From: a virus
Direction: 5' to 3' (one strand)
IMG/VR virus record: IMGVR_UViG_3300045988_161343
Length of the DNA stretch: 64,000 bases
Both the position numbers and the translations under genes were made by a program. Positions 1-11,731 of this stretch are shown here, in pieces (positions within the stretch are counted from its first letter, which is position 1; each line of letters opens with the position of its first letter). Below the pieces are notes generated by a model that was not told the DNA's origin, made no database searches, and saw only the letters and a list, made by a program, of their open reading frames with translations.

Positions 1-1
1 T

Positions 2-748
2 CACGTTTTGGATAAACCGCATATCTTTTTAGATGAAATTATGCGACAGGCACAAGATAGTGAAATTATTAGATTATCTATGTGGGTACGAGAAGGTAAG
101 CCCCTTGGGCAATTCCCAGTAGCTAAAGAATAGGTCTAGATTTTAAGGCCATATGAATTAATTCCAGAAATGTATGATTGGGCAGATCAAACTTTATGTG
201 CTTCTAATAAAAGACGTATTGAAATTAATAATAAAGTTCGAGAGCGACAAGGACGAGGAGCTACTCCAGAAATAGGAGATAAAATCATAGGATTAACTAA
301 TCATTGGGATTTTACATCTACTGATGGATTATGGCCTTTAACTAATGGATGTATTGGAACAATTACTAATTATCAAATTATTCCATATAATTATCCAAGC
401 TTTATTTATAATAAACAACTCCAATATATGTTTACGGGGATGGATATACCTAATGGAAGATTTGAATCTATACCTATTGATTATGATGCTTTAATTACAG
501 GTACTCCAGCCTTTGATAATAAGCAAGCATTTAGAATGAATAGTTTTGCTAGAAAATCTGATGCATTAGAAGCTCCTTATTATTTTGCTTATGCTTATGC
601 AATAACTGTTTGGAAAGCTCAAGGTAGTGAATGGGATAAAGTGTTATTAATTGAAGAGGCCCATCCTTTTGACACATTAGAACATTAGAAATATTTATAT
701 ACTGGCATTACAAGAGCCAGTGAAAAATTAGTAGTTATAAGGAAATAA
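2..748 (+). CDS. SF1 helicase (RecD/Dda/Pif1-like), C-terminal part; gene starts upstream of window
   Basis: Frame of ORF 170..688 extended through 3 in-frame TAG; motifs AYAITVWKAQGSEWDKV (helicase motif V) and YTGITRASEKLVVI (motif VI) lie on both sides of a TAG; stops at TAA 746-748. Confidence 0.6.
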
Positions 749-751
749 TAT

Positions 752-1351
752 ATGAATGTATTAAGTATAGATTTTGATATTATTATGGCACCAAGTATTA
801 ACTTATATAATAGCATGGTACCATAGGCTCATTGGGAAGATTTATTAAAAAGTTTACCTAATCTTACTACTACTCCTGCTGATTTAAATATTTATTCTAA
901 TATACTTAGATATTTATTACGGACTATAGATAAAACAACTTCTATTTATATTTCTTATGGTCATAATAAAATAAAAGAATATTTACAATATGATTATGAT
1001 TTAAATATAACTAATATAGATCATCATCATGATATTTTTTATAATCCTAAAGACGCAGAAAATAAATTATGTGATTGTACTTGTGCTGATTGGGTTAAAT
1101 ATTTCTATGATTAGGATAAATTAAAAGATTATACTTGGGTTCACAATGACAATTCTTGTGATCCTAATTTTGAAGTAAATTTTAAATATAACAAAATACC
1201 ATTTAAGGAATTTAAATTTACTAATTCGTATGATAAATATTTTATCTGTTTATCTCCAGAATGGGTTCCACCTTATTATCATAGTTTATTTTATACTCTT
1301 TTGGACTGTTTAAATGAAAAAAATAATTATCATTTGGAGATTATAGAATAA
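752..1351 (+). CDS. hypothetical protein (about 199 aa, 2 internal TAG)
   Basis: RBS aaggaaataatatATG; single frame to TAA at 1349-1351 with in-frame TAG after MVP and after YFYD; not in standard-code ORF track because of TAG. Confidence 0.5.
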
Positions 1352-1542
1352 TGGAAATACAAAATTTACTTAATTAGTTAGGTCATGAGTTAGATCTACA
1401 ACAACAACAAAATCAAAACCAAATTAATTATTTACGCAATGAAAATCAAAAATTGAAAAATAATTTATCAATTTATAAACAAAATTTAATTGAATTAAGT
1501 AGCTTTATAAATAAAATAGCTAATGACATAGATGATTTTTAA
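1351..1542 (+). CDS. small Gln-rich coiled-coil-like protein (63 aa, 1 TAG)
   Basis: ATG overlaps upstream stop (taATGg); MEIQNLLN-TAG-LGHELDLQQQQNQNQ...; TAA at 1540-1542. Confidence 0.4.
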
Positions 1543-1611
1543 AATTGATTTTGATGAAATTTTATGATATAATATTTATAGAAAATAATAATAAATTAAG
1601 GAGGTAGGGAA

Positions 1612-1662
1612 TTGAATACTTATTTTGGTTGCCATAAGGACAATTTTATGCATTCCAAATAA
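1612..1662 (+). pseudogene. duplicated 5-prime fragment of the Pol III alpha gene (RBS AAGGAGG + TTG, 16 codons, LNTYFGCHKDNFMHSK)
   Basis: About 24 of 30 nt identical to the start of the polymerase gene at 2263 (MNTYFNCHNHTDYS); lies immediately upstream of the GIY-YIG endonuclease gene. Confidence 0.4.
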
Positions 1663-1696
1663 GTTGATTTCCATAATATAATGAGGAGGGATGCTT

Positions 1697-2266
1697 ATGT
1701 TTGGCATTTATAAAATAACAAATAAATAGAATAATAAAATTTATATAGGTAAATCTAAAGATATAGAAGATAGATGGATTTATCATACTTCTCATTATAA
1801 TGACTCCAAAGAATGGGATAAAAATTTATATAAAGCTTTTAGAAAATATGGTATAGATAATTTTAATTTTGAAATTATCGAGTCAATGGATGAAGAAACT
1901 TATAATAAATTTGGGAATAATAGAGAACAATACTGGATTATCTATTATGACTCTTTTAATAATGGGTATAATGAAACACCAGGCGGAGATGGCGGGTATA
2001 ATGTAAGTGCTGTAAAAACAAATTCTAAATTAACTAAAGAAGAAGTTATTCAAATTAGAACAATGTATAATAATTGTAATATCTGCGTATCTGATGCTTA
2101 TGAGCTATTTAAAGATAAAATTACAAAGAGAGGGTTTCAAGCAATATGGTTAGGTCAAAATCATAAAACTATTATGCCCGAAGTTTTTACTGAAGAAAAT
2201 AAAAAGAAACATAATTATTTAGAACGACAAAGAACAGGTAGGCTAAGGCAGGAAAGAAAAAAATGA
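1697..2266 (+). mobile_element. free-standing GIY-YIG homing endonuclease (189 aa, 1 TAG inside the GIY-YIG module)
   Basis: RBS gaggagggatgcttATG; GIYKITNK-TAG-NNKIYIGKS...R...H.. pattern typical of GIY-YIG (I-TevI-like); C-terminal part is ORF 1886..2266; TGA stop overlaps the polymerase ATG (ATGA). Confidence 0.75.
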
Positions 2267-5200
2267 ACACTTATTTTAATTGTCATAACCATACTGATTA
2301 TTCGAACCTCCGTTTACTGGATTGTATAAATAAACCAGAAACTTTAATTGATAAAGCTATTGAATTAGGACTTTCGGGAATTGCTATCACAGATCACGAA
2401 AGTCTTTCTGCTCATATGACAGTAAATCAATATGCTAAAAAAATCAAAGAAAAATATCCAAATTTTAAAATAGCATTAGGCAATGAAATTTATTTAACTG
2501 ATGATAGAAGCACAGGACAAAAGTATTACCATTTTATTTTAATTGCTAAAGATGCTATAGGATATCGAGCATTAAAAGAATTAAGCTCAATTGCTTGGCA
2601 AAATTTATATGTTGATAGAAAAATGGAACGTGTTCCACTTTTAAAGAATGAATTAAAATCAGTAGTAGAGAAATATAAAGGACATTTAATTGCCACTACT
2701 GCATGTATTGGTGGAGAATTAGGTACTTGCCTTTTAAAGGCTGTAGAATATAAAGAACAAGAGAATAATTATGAATTATATCAAATTTTAAAACAAATAG
2801 ATACTTTTCTTACCTTCTGTCAAGATTTATTTGGTGAAGATTTCTATTTAGAGATTGCTCCATCGACCGCGGCAGATCAAAAACTTGTAAACCATATGAT
2901 TTATAAAATCGGTCATAAATATGGAATTAAAGTAGAAGTTGCTACCGATAGTCATTATTTAACAAAAGAAGATAGACCAATCCATAAGGCTTATCTTAAT
3001 TCAAAAGATGGAGAACGAGAAGTTGACAAATTTTATGAATTTGCTCATTTAATGACTTATGATGAAGTCTTTAAATTAATTGAACCTTGTTTTATTTACT
3101 TAGATATTGAAGAACAACCAGAAGAAATCGCAAAAGAAATTTTAAATAATACTCTTGAAATCCAAAATAAAATTGAAGATTTTTCGCTTGAAAGAAAACA
3201 AATAATTCCAAAAGTAGAGGTAACTGATTATCCTCAATCATTAACTGGTTGGTATGGTGAGCGTGAAGAGAAATATCCTGTTTTATGTAGCTTATTAATG
3301 AGCAACAATCCTCAAGAACGTTATTGGGTTAATGAATGTTATATGTCTTTATTGGAAAAGATGTATAATAAAAGTATTTCAGATGATAAGTTAGAAATTT
3401 ATTTAAGTCGTCTTGAAACTGAAGCTGATATTATAAAAGATATTGGTGAAAAATTAGATGACTGCCTTTTTGCTTATTTTAATACTTTTAAACATTATAT
3501 TGATTTGTTTTGGAATTGTGGCTCGATAGTAGGTCCAGGACGTGGTTCGGCCACTGGCTTTTTATCTAATTATTTGTTAGGTATTACTCAGCTTGATCCT
3601 ATAAGATGGGGTCTTCCTTATTGGCGTTTCTTAAACAAAGAACGTGCTGAATTACCTGATATTGATATTGATTTGGCTCCTTCAAAACGTCCAGCAATTT
3701 TTGAAGCTATTCGTAAAGAGCGTGGAGAGTTAGGTTTAATTCAGGTCGCTACATTTGGTACTGAAACTACTAAATCTGCTATTCTTACTGCTTGTAGAGG
3801 TTATAGGTCTGATAAATATCCAAATGGTATTGATGTAGATGAAGCTCAATATATGTCCTCTCTTATTCCACAAGAACGTGGATTCTTATGGGAAATTAAT
3901 GATGTTATTTATGGTAATGAAGAAAAAGATAGAAAGCCTGTTAAAACATTTATTAATAAAGTAAATGAATATCCAGGGCTTCTTGATATAATTATTTACA
4001 TTGGTGGTATCGTTAATAAACGTTCTTCTCATGCTTCTGGTGTTATTCTTTATGGCGATGATCCATATGATACAGCGGCATTTATGAGAACGCCTAGTGG
4101 CAGTTTAATTACTTGTTGGGATTTACATCAAGCTGAAGCAGCAGGTGATACGAAATATGATTTCCTTGTTACTGAAGCTTCTGATAAAATTATCACTTGT
4201 TATGAATTATTATTAAAGGCAAAAGAAATTCCTAACTTATCCTTAAGAGATTTTTATAATCAATATATTCATCCAGAAGTAATAGATACAACTGATCAAA
4301 AAATTTGGGATCATCTTGCCGCCGGAGATGTATTAGACTGTTTTCAATTTTCTACTGGTGTAGGATTAGCCATTGCTAAAAAATTAAAGCCACAAGATCC
4401 TATGGAAATGACCGCGGCTAATGCTATGATGCGTCTTATGTCTGAAAAAGGTAAGGAATCACAGCAAGATAGATTTTATCGTATTCAGCATCAAGGTATT
4501 CAAGCATTTGATCAAGAAATGAAACAACATCATTTGCCGCAAGAGCTTATTGATAAATTCCATAAGCATTGTGATAAATATTATGGTTGTTGCCCTTTAC
4601 AAGAGCAAATGATGGAAATCCTTATGGACATAGCACACTTTACATTGGGAGAAGCGAATTCTGCCCGTAAAGTTGTTGCTAAAAAACAAATGGCTAAAAT
4701 TCCTCAATTAAAAGAACAGGTATTTAGCCGTTTTGATAATAAAAATGATGCAGAATATTTTTGGGAAACGGCAGTAGCACCACAATTAGGATATGCGTTT
4801 TCATTAAATCATAGTCTACCTTATAGTTTTGTGGCTATTCAAATGATTTATTTTGTTATTCATTATAATCCTATCTATTGGAATTGTGCTTGTTTGATTG
4901 TTAATAGCGGTTCTTTAGAAGATAATAGCGAAGAAGAAATCGTAGATATTTATGATCCTGAAGCAGATGATTTAGCCAATGGTGTTACTTTTGAAGATTT
5001 GCCAGATAAAAAATCAAAAGTAAGAAAAACTAATTCTACTGATTATGGAAAGATTGCTAAGGCTATTGGAGACATTCGTAAAGCTGGTATTCAAGTAAGT
5101 CTTGCTGATATTAATAAATCAGAATTTAGTTTTATTCCTGATGTTGAAAATAATCAAATCCTGTTTGGCTTAAAAGGTATGCTAAATGTTGGTGATGATG

Positions 5201-6267
5201 TAGTTAAAACTATTATTGAAAATAGACCTTATAAATCCCCAAGAGATTTTTTAAATAAAGTTAATCCTAATAAGCAAGCAATGATTTCACTTATTAAAGG
5301 TGGAGCATTTGATCATATGATGGATAGAAAACTTTGTATGGTCTGGTATATTTGGGAAACTTGTGATAAAAAGAAAAATCTTAATCTTCAAAATTTAGCT
5401 ACTTTAATGAAATTCAATCTTCTTCCTGCGGATACTCTTGAACGGCAGCAAGCTTTACACATTTATGAATTTACTCGTTATTTAAAACAAATTTGTAAAT
5501 ATGATAAAGTTTATTACAAATTAGATGATAGAGCTATTGATTTTTTACAAAAAATTGATAAAGATAGTTTAATCCAAAATAAAGATTCTAATTTTTATTT
5601 AAATATTAAAGATTGGAATGATAAGGTCTATCAAGGTTGGATGGATATTTATCGTGAACAAATTGCTGATAATAAAGAAGAAATCTTAAATAAATTAAAT
5701 GAAATTATATTTAAAGAAGACTGGAAAAAATATTGTCCTAAAGTAAATTATTCAGCTTGGGAAATGGAAGTATTATGCTTCTATTATCATGAACATGAAT
5801 TGGCTCAAGTCAATCAAAATAAATATGGGTTTGCCGATTTTTACAGTTTACCTGAAGATCCAGTAGTAGAAAGAAGTTTTGTTAAAGCTGGAAAAACAAT
5901 AAATATTTATTATTTATCTAAATTATGTGGTACTTGTATTGCTAAAAATAAAAATAAAAGTATTGTAACAATTCTTACTCCGACAGGAGTAGTAAATGTA
6001 AAATTCAGAAAAGAATATTTTACATTATTCGATAAACAAATTTCTCAAAAACAACCTGATGGAACTAAAAAAATTATTGAAAAATCTTGGTTTAATCGCG
6101 GTAATATGATTGTGGTTCAGGGTATTCGCTCAGGCGATGATTTTATTGCTAAAAAGTACGCCTCAACTTCTGGTCATCAACTTTATCATATTGATACTAT
6201 TCAATCAAATGGAGATTTAATTTTAAGAAGTGAACGATATCAAGGAGTAGCAGAAGATGAAGAATAA
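2263..6267 (+). CDS. dnaE: DNA polymerase III alpha subunit (DnaE-like, N-terminal PHP domain), 1334 aa, no TAG codons
   Basis: PHP-domain motifs at N-terminus (CHNHTDYS, ITDHESL), polymerase palm motif GPGRGSATGFLSNYLLGITQLDP; uninterrupted in standard code. Confidence 0.85.
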   Translation: MNTYFNCHNHTDYSNLRLLDCINKPETLIDKAIELGLSGIAITDHESLSAHMTVNQYAKKIKEKYPNFKIALGNEIYLTDDRSTGQKYYHFILIAKDAIGYRALKELSSIAWQNLYVDRKMERVPLLKNELKSVVEKYKGHLIATTACIGGELGTCLLKAVEYKEQENNYELYQILKQIDTFLTFCQDLFGEDFYLEIAPSTAADQKLVNHMIYKIGHKYGIKVEVATDSHYLTKEDRPIHKAYLNSKDGEREVDKFYEFAHLMTYDEVFKLIEPCFIYLDIEEQPEEIAKEILNNTLEIQNKIEDFSLERKQIIPKVEVTDYPQSLTGWYGEREEKYPVLCSLLMSNNPQERYWVNECYMSLLEKMYNKSISDDKLEIYLSRLETEADIIKDIGEKLDDCLFAYFNTFKHYIDLFWNCGSIVGPGRGSATGFLSNYLLGITQLDPIRWGLPYWRFLNKERAELPDIDIDLAPSKRPAIFEAIRKERGELGLIQVATFGTETTKSAILTACRGYRSDKYPNGIDVDEAQYMSSLIPQERGFLWEINDVIYGNEEKDRKPVKTFINKVNEYPGLLDIIIYIGGIVNKRSSHASGVILYGDDPYDTAAFMRTPSGSLITCWDLHQAEAAGDTKYDFLVTEASDKIITCYELLLKAKEIPNLSLRDFYNQYIHPEVIDTTDQKIWDHLAAGDVLDCFQFSTGVGLAIAKKLKPQDPMEMTAANAMMRLMSEKGKESQQDRFYRIQHQGIQAFDQEMKQHHLPQELIDKFHKHCDKYYGCCPLQEQMMEILMDIAHFTLGEANSARKVVAKKQMAKIPQLKEQVFSRFDNKNDAEYFWETAVAPQLGYAFSLNHSLPYSFVAIQMIYFVIHYNPIYWNCACLIVNSGSLEDNSEEEIVDIYDPEADDLANGVTFEDLPDKKSKVRKTNSTDYGKIAKAIGDIRKAGIQVSLADINKSEFSFIPDVENNQILFGLKGMLNVGDDVVKTIIENRPYKSPRDFLNKVNPNKQAMISLIKGGAFDHMMDRKLCMVWYIWETCDKKKNLNLQNLATLMKFNLLPADTLERQQALHIYEFTRYLKQICKYDKVYYKLDDRAIDFLQKIDKDSLIQNKDSNFYLNIKDWNDKVYQGWMDIYREQIADNKEEILNKLNEIIFKEDWKKYCPKVNYSAWEMEVLCFYYHEHELAQVNQNKYGFADFYSLPEDPVVERSFVKAGKTINIYYLSKLCGTCIAKNKNKSIVTILTPTGVVNVKFRKEYFTLFDKQISQKQPDGTKKIIEKSWFNRGNMIVVQGIRSGDDFIAKKYASTSGHQLYHIDTIQSNGDLILRSERYQGVAEDEE

Positions 6268-6520
6268 AATTGATTATGATGAATTATAGGATTTGTTAAA
6301 AACCCATCAACATATTGAAATTAGAGGAACAATTTTAATTAAATTTGAATAGACTCCTTATCTTAGAGTAATTATAAGAGAGTTAAATGGAAATGATTAT
6401 TGGATGGTAGATACTCCAGATATCTTATGCCTTTTAACATAGTTTTTAGGATCGTGTTCTTATAATTGTTGTAATGGTAAATATTGTTTTTAGTCTTTTA
6501 ATAGAAGGAATAATAAATGA
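6257..6520 (+). CDS. hypothetical small protein (about 87 aa, 4 TAG)
   Basis: ATG overlapping the polymerase 3-prime end; frame closed by TGA overlapping the ATG of the next gene (ATGA at 6517); Cys-rich C-terminus. Confidence 0.35.
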
Positions 6521-7086
6521 ATAATAAAAAATATCAATTAGTCGCACTCATAGGTAAAGCCGGTTCAGGCAAAGATACTATTTTAAAAGATGTAGTAAAA
6601 GCTTATGAACTACCTATGAATATTGTTGTTTCTTATACAACTCGTCCAATGCGTGAAGGAGAGACAGAAGGAAAAGAATATCATTTTATATCTGAAGAAG
6701 ATTTTAAGCAAATGATAAATAATAATCAAATGCTTGAATATGTTCAATTTAATAATTGGTGGTATGGAACTGGCATTAAATGTTTAGCTGATGATAAAAT
6801 TAATATAGGTATTTTTAATCCTTCTGGAATTAGATCATTAATCAATTTTCCAGAAATTGATTTACGGATATATTATATTCATGCTTCTGACAAACAACGT
6901 TTCCTTCGTCAATTAAATAGAGAGGAATACCCTGATATTAAAGAAATTATTAGACGTTATTCTGCTGATGAAGAAGATTTTAAAAATATAAATTTTGATA
7001 ATATGCAAATTTTATTTAATGAAACGGAAAGAGATAGATTAAAATGCTGTGATATAATTACAGATTATGATTGGTTTTGGTACTAA
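6517..7086 (+). CDS. guanylate kinase-like / deoxynucleoside monophosphate kinase (189 aa, no TAG)
   Basis: P-loop GKAGSGKDT and TTRPMREGETEGKEYHF resemble the guanylate kinase family. Confidence 0.6.
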   Translation: MNNKKYQLVALIGKAGSGKDTILKDVVKAYELPMNIVVSYTTRPMREGETEGKEYHFISEEDFKQMINNNQMLEYVQFNNWWYGTGIKCLADDKINIGIFNPSGIRSLINFPEIDLRIYYIHASDKQRFLRQLNREEYPDIKEIIRRYSADEEDFKNINFDNMQILFNETERDRLKCCDIITDYDWFWY

Positions 7087-7177
7087 ATCTTAACCCAAAG
7101 TAGATAATGAATTAATAATAAACACTAAATATAGTATAAGTTCAAAAATTTATACTATATTTAGTGCGGAGGTTAAA

Positions 7178-9445
7178 ATGTATATAATTAAACGTGATGG
7201 TACAGTTGTATTATTTGATAAAAATAAAATAATTAATGCTATTAATAAGGCATTTATAGAAGTCGATGGATAGTTATATGAAAATGATACAGCTACTGAT
7301 ATTGCCAATGATATTGAATCTTGGATGAATAAATGTCCAGATGGTAGTATTGAAGTAGAAGATATCCAAGATATAATTGAAGATTATTTAATGTAGTCAG
7401 AACGACGTGATGTTGCTCGTGCTTATATTAGATATAGATATAAAAAAGAAGTAGCTCGATAGAAAAAAGATGATTTTATTCAAGCTATTAGAAAAAAATT
7501 AGATGGTAAAGATATTAAAAATCAAAATGCTAATGTAGATGAAGCATCATTCGGTGGCCGCATTGGTGAAGCTAGTAGTGTTGTAACGAAACAATTAGCT
7601 TTAGATTATATTGTATCTCCTATGACACGCAAAAATCATTTAGAAAATATAATTTATACTCATGATTTAGATGCTTATTATGTTGGTTCTCATAATTGTT
7701 TAAGTGTACCTTTTGATGATTTACTTGCTAAAGGATTTAATACACGCTAGACAGATGTACGTCCAGCAGGTTCAGTAAATACAGCTTTTTAGTTAGTAGC
7801 TGTTATTTTCCAGATTCAAAGTCTTTCTCAATTTGGCGGTGTAAGTGCTACTCATCTTGATTGGACTATGGTTCCTTATGTTCGTAAATCTTTTTATAAG
7901 CATTATCGTGATGGTATGAAATACTTATGTAATTGTAATTGGAATTTAGATAACTATTTAGAAGATAGCGATACCTATAAAAAAATCATAGATATTCCAA
8001 TTAATGATTATTCAGCTTATCTAAATGAAGCAGATGATGTTGGAGATTTTGATAAAGTATATCAATATGCTATGGATATGACTTTAAAAGAAGTTCATCA
8101 AGCAGTTGAAGGTATGTATCATAATCTTAACACATTACAATCACGTTCTGGTAATCAATTACCTTTCACATCTATTAATTATGGTACTTGTACTCTTCCA
8201 GAAGGAAGAATGATTACTAAAGCACTTTTAGATGTATCTATTGAAGGTATTGGCAAATTACATAAAACATCTATTTTCCCTTGTGGTATTTTCCAATGCA
8301 TGAAAGGAGTTAACCGTGAACCAGGTGACCCAAATTACGATTTGTTTAAACTCGCACTATAGTCCACCGCCCAAAGATTATATCCCAACTATGCAAATGT
8401 TGATTGGTCAGGGAACGCTGGATATGACATCAATGACCCCCGCACCTATTTTTCTACAATGGGATGCAGAACAGCCAATGGATACGATATTAACGGTTTC
8501 GGTTAGTTAAAAGATGGCCGTGGTAATATTTGTCCAGTAACTATTATTCTTCCTACTTTAGCTATGATTGCTAAAAAAGAATGCGAAGAAGAAGGGCAAG
8601 AAGAAGATATTATTCCAGTATTTATGGCTTTATTAAATAGAAAAATTAATGAAGCTCGCATTCAATTAATGGAGCGTTTTGATTGGATTTGCTCTCAAGA
8701 TCCTAAGTCTGCTAAATTTATGTATGAAAATAATTTAATGGCTGGTTATATTCCAGAAGAAGGAATTAGAAGTGCCCTTAAGCATGGCACATTAGCCATT
8801 GGACAAATTGGTTTAGCAGAAACTCTTTAGATTCTTATTGGTAAAGACCATACAACTAAAGAAGGTATGGAATTAGCAAAACGAATTGAACAAATGTTTA
8901 AAGATTACTGTGCAAAAGCAAAAGAACAATTTAAACTTAATTTTGGAGTTTATTACACTCCTGCTGAAAATTTATGCTATACGGCAATGACTAAATTCAA
9001 AGAGAAATATGGTATTATCCCTAATGTCTCTGATAAAGAATTTTTTACTAACAGTATTCATGTTCCCGTTTGGAAAAAAATGTCACCTTTTGATAAAATT
9101 GACATTGAGAGCCAATTGACTGGTTATTCTTCTGCTGGATGTATTACCTATGTAGAATTAGACTCTACTGTAAAGCATAATATTGATGCTCTTGAACAAA
9201 TTGTTAATTATGCAATGGATAAGGATATTCCTTATTTTGCAGTAAATGTGCCTAATGATACTTGCCTTGACTGCGGATATTGTGATGAATTTAATGATAA
9301 GTGCCTTGAATGTGGCAGTACTAATATTCAATAGCTACGTCGTGTAACTGGCTATTTAACTGGAAATTATAAAACTGCTTTTAATTATGGTAAACAGAAA
9401 GAAGTAGAAGCACGAGTAAAGCATACGGGGTAGATGGAATGATAT
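7178..9445 (+). CDS. nrdD: anaerobic ribonucleoside-triphosphate reductase NrdD (about 755 aa, 9 in-frame TAG)
   Basis: ATP-cone start MYIIKRDGTVVLFDKNKI; conserved PGDPNYDLFKLAL, STMGCRT, DGRGNICPVTI, glycyl-radical RRVTGYL near C-terminus. Fragments 7868..8362, 8564..8830, 8867..9334 are one frame joined through TAG; ends at TGA. Confidence 0.85.
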
Positions 9446-9475
9446 AGTTAATTTATGATTTAGTGAATTATTTTA

Positions 9476-9510
9476 ATTAGCAACAAGGAAGAAAATATCC
9501 TTGTTCTAAT
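9476..9510 (+). terminator. hairpin after nrdD (aacaagga...tccttgtt)
   Basis: Inverted repeat with 9-nt loop directly downstream of nrdD stop; weak T tract. Confidence 0.35.
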
Positions 9511-9782
9511 TAGATAGTAGTATGTGCTTATATAACTGATAATTCACAAGAAATTTATAATTATTTAAATAAAAATAATATCATACCAATAAAAGTATCA
9601 AAAACTCGTATAGAATGGCAAGAAAATAATGAGCGATGGATATGGTTACCTATAACCTAGAATACTAGAGGTTATAGATTTAATAAAGTAAAAATATCTA
9701 AAAACTATAATAATGAGGAAATATTAAAAACAATAATTATTCCTTATTGTAGTTTATATTGTTGCTCTTGGGAGGTTATGGA

Positions 9783-10460
9783 ATGAATTATTCTAAAAAA
9801 CCTTTAAGAAAGCATTAGAAAATAAAAGATAAATTAGAAAAAGCTACTGAAGTATTAAATAAAAAAATTGACTCGGAATTAGAAGCAATTATAAAAATAA
9901 TATTTTCTTGGATAGCTAATGATGAAAAAATTAATACAAAAGAGCATCGAGCTACTCTAATAAATTTATTTTATAAGGCATTAGAAAATCTTTATTCTGA
10001 AATTAATATATAGTTAGGAAAGATTTATAAAACAGTCGCTCCTTTTAATTTAAAAGATATAACAGACTTAACTTTTCAAGAAGATGGAAAAACATTAGAT
10101 GAACGAATTACTAAATATTTAGATGATTTAGAAGAAAAAAGATTATCTGGCGATTTTCCAGATAATTTAAAAAACTTCGGCGCAAATATGTATTCTCGTC
10201 TATTAAATAATGAAGGTAAATATTTATTTACTCATTTAATGGAAATGAAAATAAAACCTGTAGCTTCAATACTTGTAATTGAAACAGGAACTTGCGATGA
10301 TCTATGCGGTGAATGGGCTGGAGAATACCCCGTAGGAGAAGATGTTCCTCTTCCTCCTTACCATACTAATTGTTAGTGTTCTGCTTATTATATTGAAACT
10401 GATGATGAAGATGATGTTAATGATTTAGATTTAGAAGTGGAGGAAATAAAGGATACATGA
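9783..10460 (+). CDS. hypothetical protein with C-terminal PPYHTNC-TAG-C motif resembling the phage Mu F / SPP1 gp7 head-morphogenesis family (about 225 aa, 3 TAG)
   Basis: Single frame ATG 9783 to TGA overlapping nrdG ATG; includes ORF 10188..10376; the HxNCxC motif is recalled from memory of that family, so low confidence. Confidence 0.4.
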
Positions 10461-10945
10461 GATACGCAGGAATTATAAAAAATGATATTGCCGCAGCTCC
10501 GGGAGTATGTGTCTCCTTTTTCACCCAAGGTTGCCCACATCATTGTTTTGGATGTCATAATCCTGAAACTTGGGATTTTGAAAAAGGTAAAGAATTTACC
10601 AATGAGACTTTTGGAGAAATATTTCAAGCACTTCAAGCTAATGGCATTCATAGAGATTTTTGTATAATGGGTGGTGAACCATTATGTGAACAAAATCAAT
10701 TACTCACTCTACTTCTTATTAATACAATTAAAGAAAAACTTCCTGATACTAAAATTTATGTTTGGACTGGATATTATTATGACGATTTAATTAAGCAAAT
10801 TACTAATGGTAAGCTTCAAGAAATTCTTAAAAAAGCTGATGTATTAATTGACGGTCCATATATTCAGTCTCAAAGAGATATTACACTATCAATGAGAGGT
10901 AGTAAAAATCAAAATATCATAAATTTAAAGGAGATTAATAAATGA
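10457..10945 (+). CDS. nrdG: anaerobic RNR activating protein NrdG (radical SAM), no TAG
   Basis: CPHHCFGC radical-SAM cysteine motif; small size; adjacent to nrdD. Confidence 0.8.
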   Translation: MRYAGIIKNDIAAAPGVCVSFFTQGCPHHCFGCHNPETWDFEKGKEFTNETFGEIFQALQANGIHRDFCIMGGEPLCEQNQLLTLLLINTIKEKLPDTKIYVWTGYYYDDLIKQITNGKLQEILKKADVLIDGPYIQSQRDITLSMRGSKNQNIINLKEINK

Positions 10946-10962
10946 GATATAGAGGAAAAATT

Positions 10963-11457
10963 GCCACTTTAGAAGAAGCAGTATAGAAAGAACCACGAGT
11001 AGGAGATGTATTTTATAATACAACTGATACTCATAATTATGTTTGGTCTGGAACTGAATGGAATGTTCTAACTGATGGTGTTGATTTTAAAATGAGCAAT
11101 TATGAATTAAATAAATGCGTAATTGGCCAAATGAAAGAACTTACTCCAGAAGAAATAGATAAGAAATTAGAAATTATTGATAGCTATGTTCAAGAAAGTA
11201 ATAATAAATATTTTATGCTTTTATGCAATGAATTAAATTATTATACAGTATTTGAAACTAATAGTTTAAGCAATGATGATCCTTATCTTAATATGAGTTC
11301 CGCCGTTTATGACATTATTAAGAACTTAGGTCAAATTAAAGATATTAATGATAGCGGTTCTGGAGCAATTGAAATTTGGATTACAAATAATGATGAAACT
11401 TATTGCTATCATTTATTTGATTATGATGCTGGCATTGTTCCAGTAATAGGGAGATAA
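10963..11457 (+). CDS. hypothetical protein (about 164 aa, 1 TAG)
   Basis: ATG 10963 joined through TAG to ORF 11092..11457. Confidence 0.5.
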
Positions 11458-11458
11458 T

Positions 11459-11720
11459 TATGTTATTTACTTATTTTGATTTATTTAATACAACACAAAT
11501 TATTTATTACCAAGGTCCGAATGATAAAAAGCCTATTATGGTTTGCACTTGCCGTCTTGATAATCTTAGCGATACTTTAACTAAATTATCAGAACAATAT
11601 AAAGATAGTGATATTCATCTTTATGGCAATTAGACTTATGGCGAAGGACTTAAAGAAACTATTGAAAACTCTTTAATTACTAAATATAGTAATAACAATA
11701 TTAAAATTTATGTAAATTAA
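11459..11720 (+). CDS. hypothetical protein (about 86 aa, 1 TAG)
   Basis: ATG immediately after previous stop; frame closed by TAA. Confidence 0.4.
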
Positions 11721-11731
11721 TAGGAGAAACT

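Noticed and set aside
8316-8510. ORF-track entry 8316..8510 (+)
   Set aside because: It is in a different frame from nrdD, which continues through this region as ...LAL-TAG-STAQRLYPNYANVDWSG...MGCRT.... Spurious overlapping frame.
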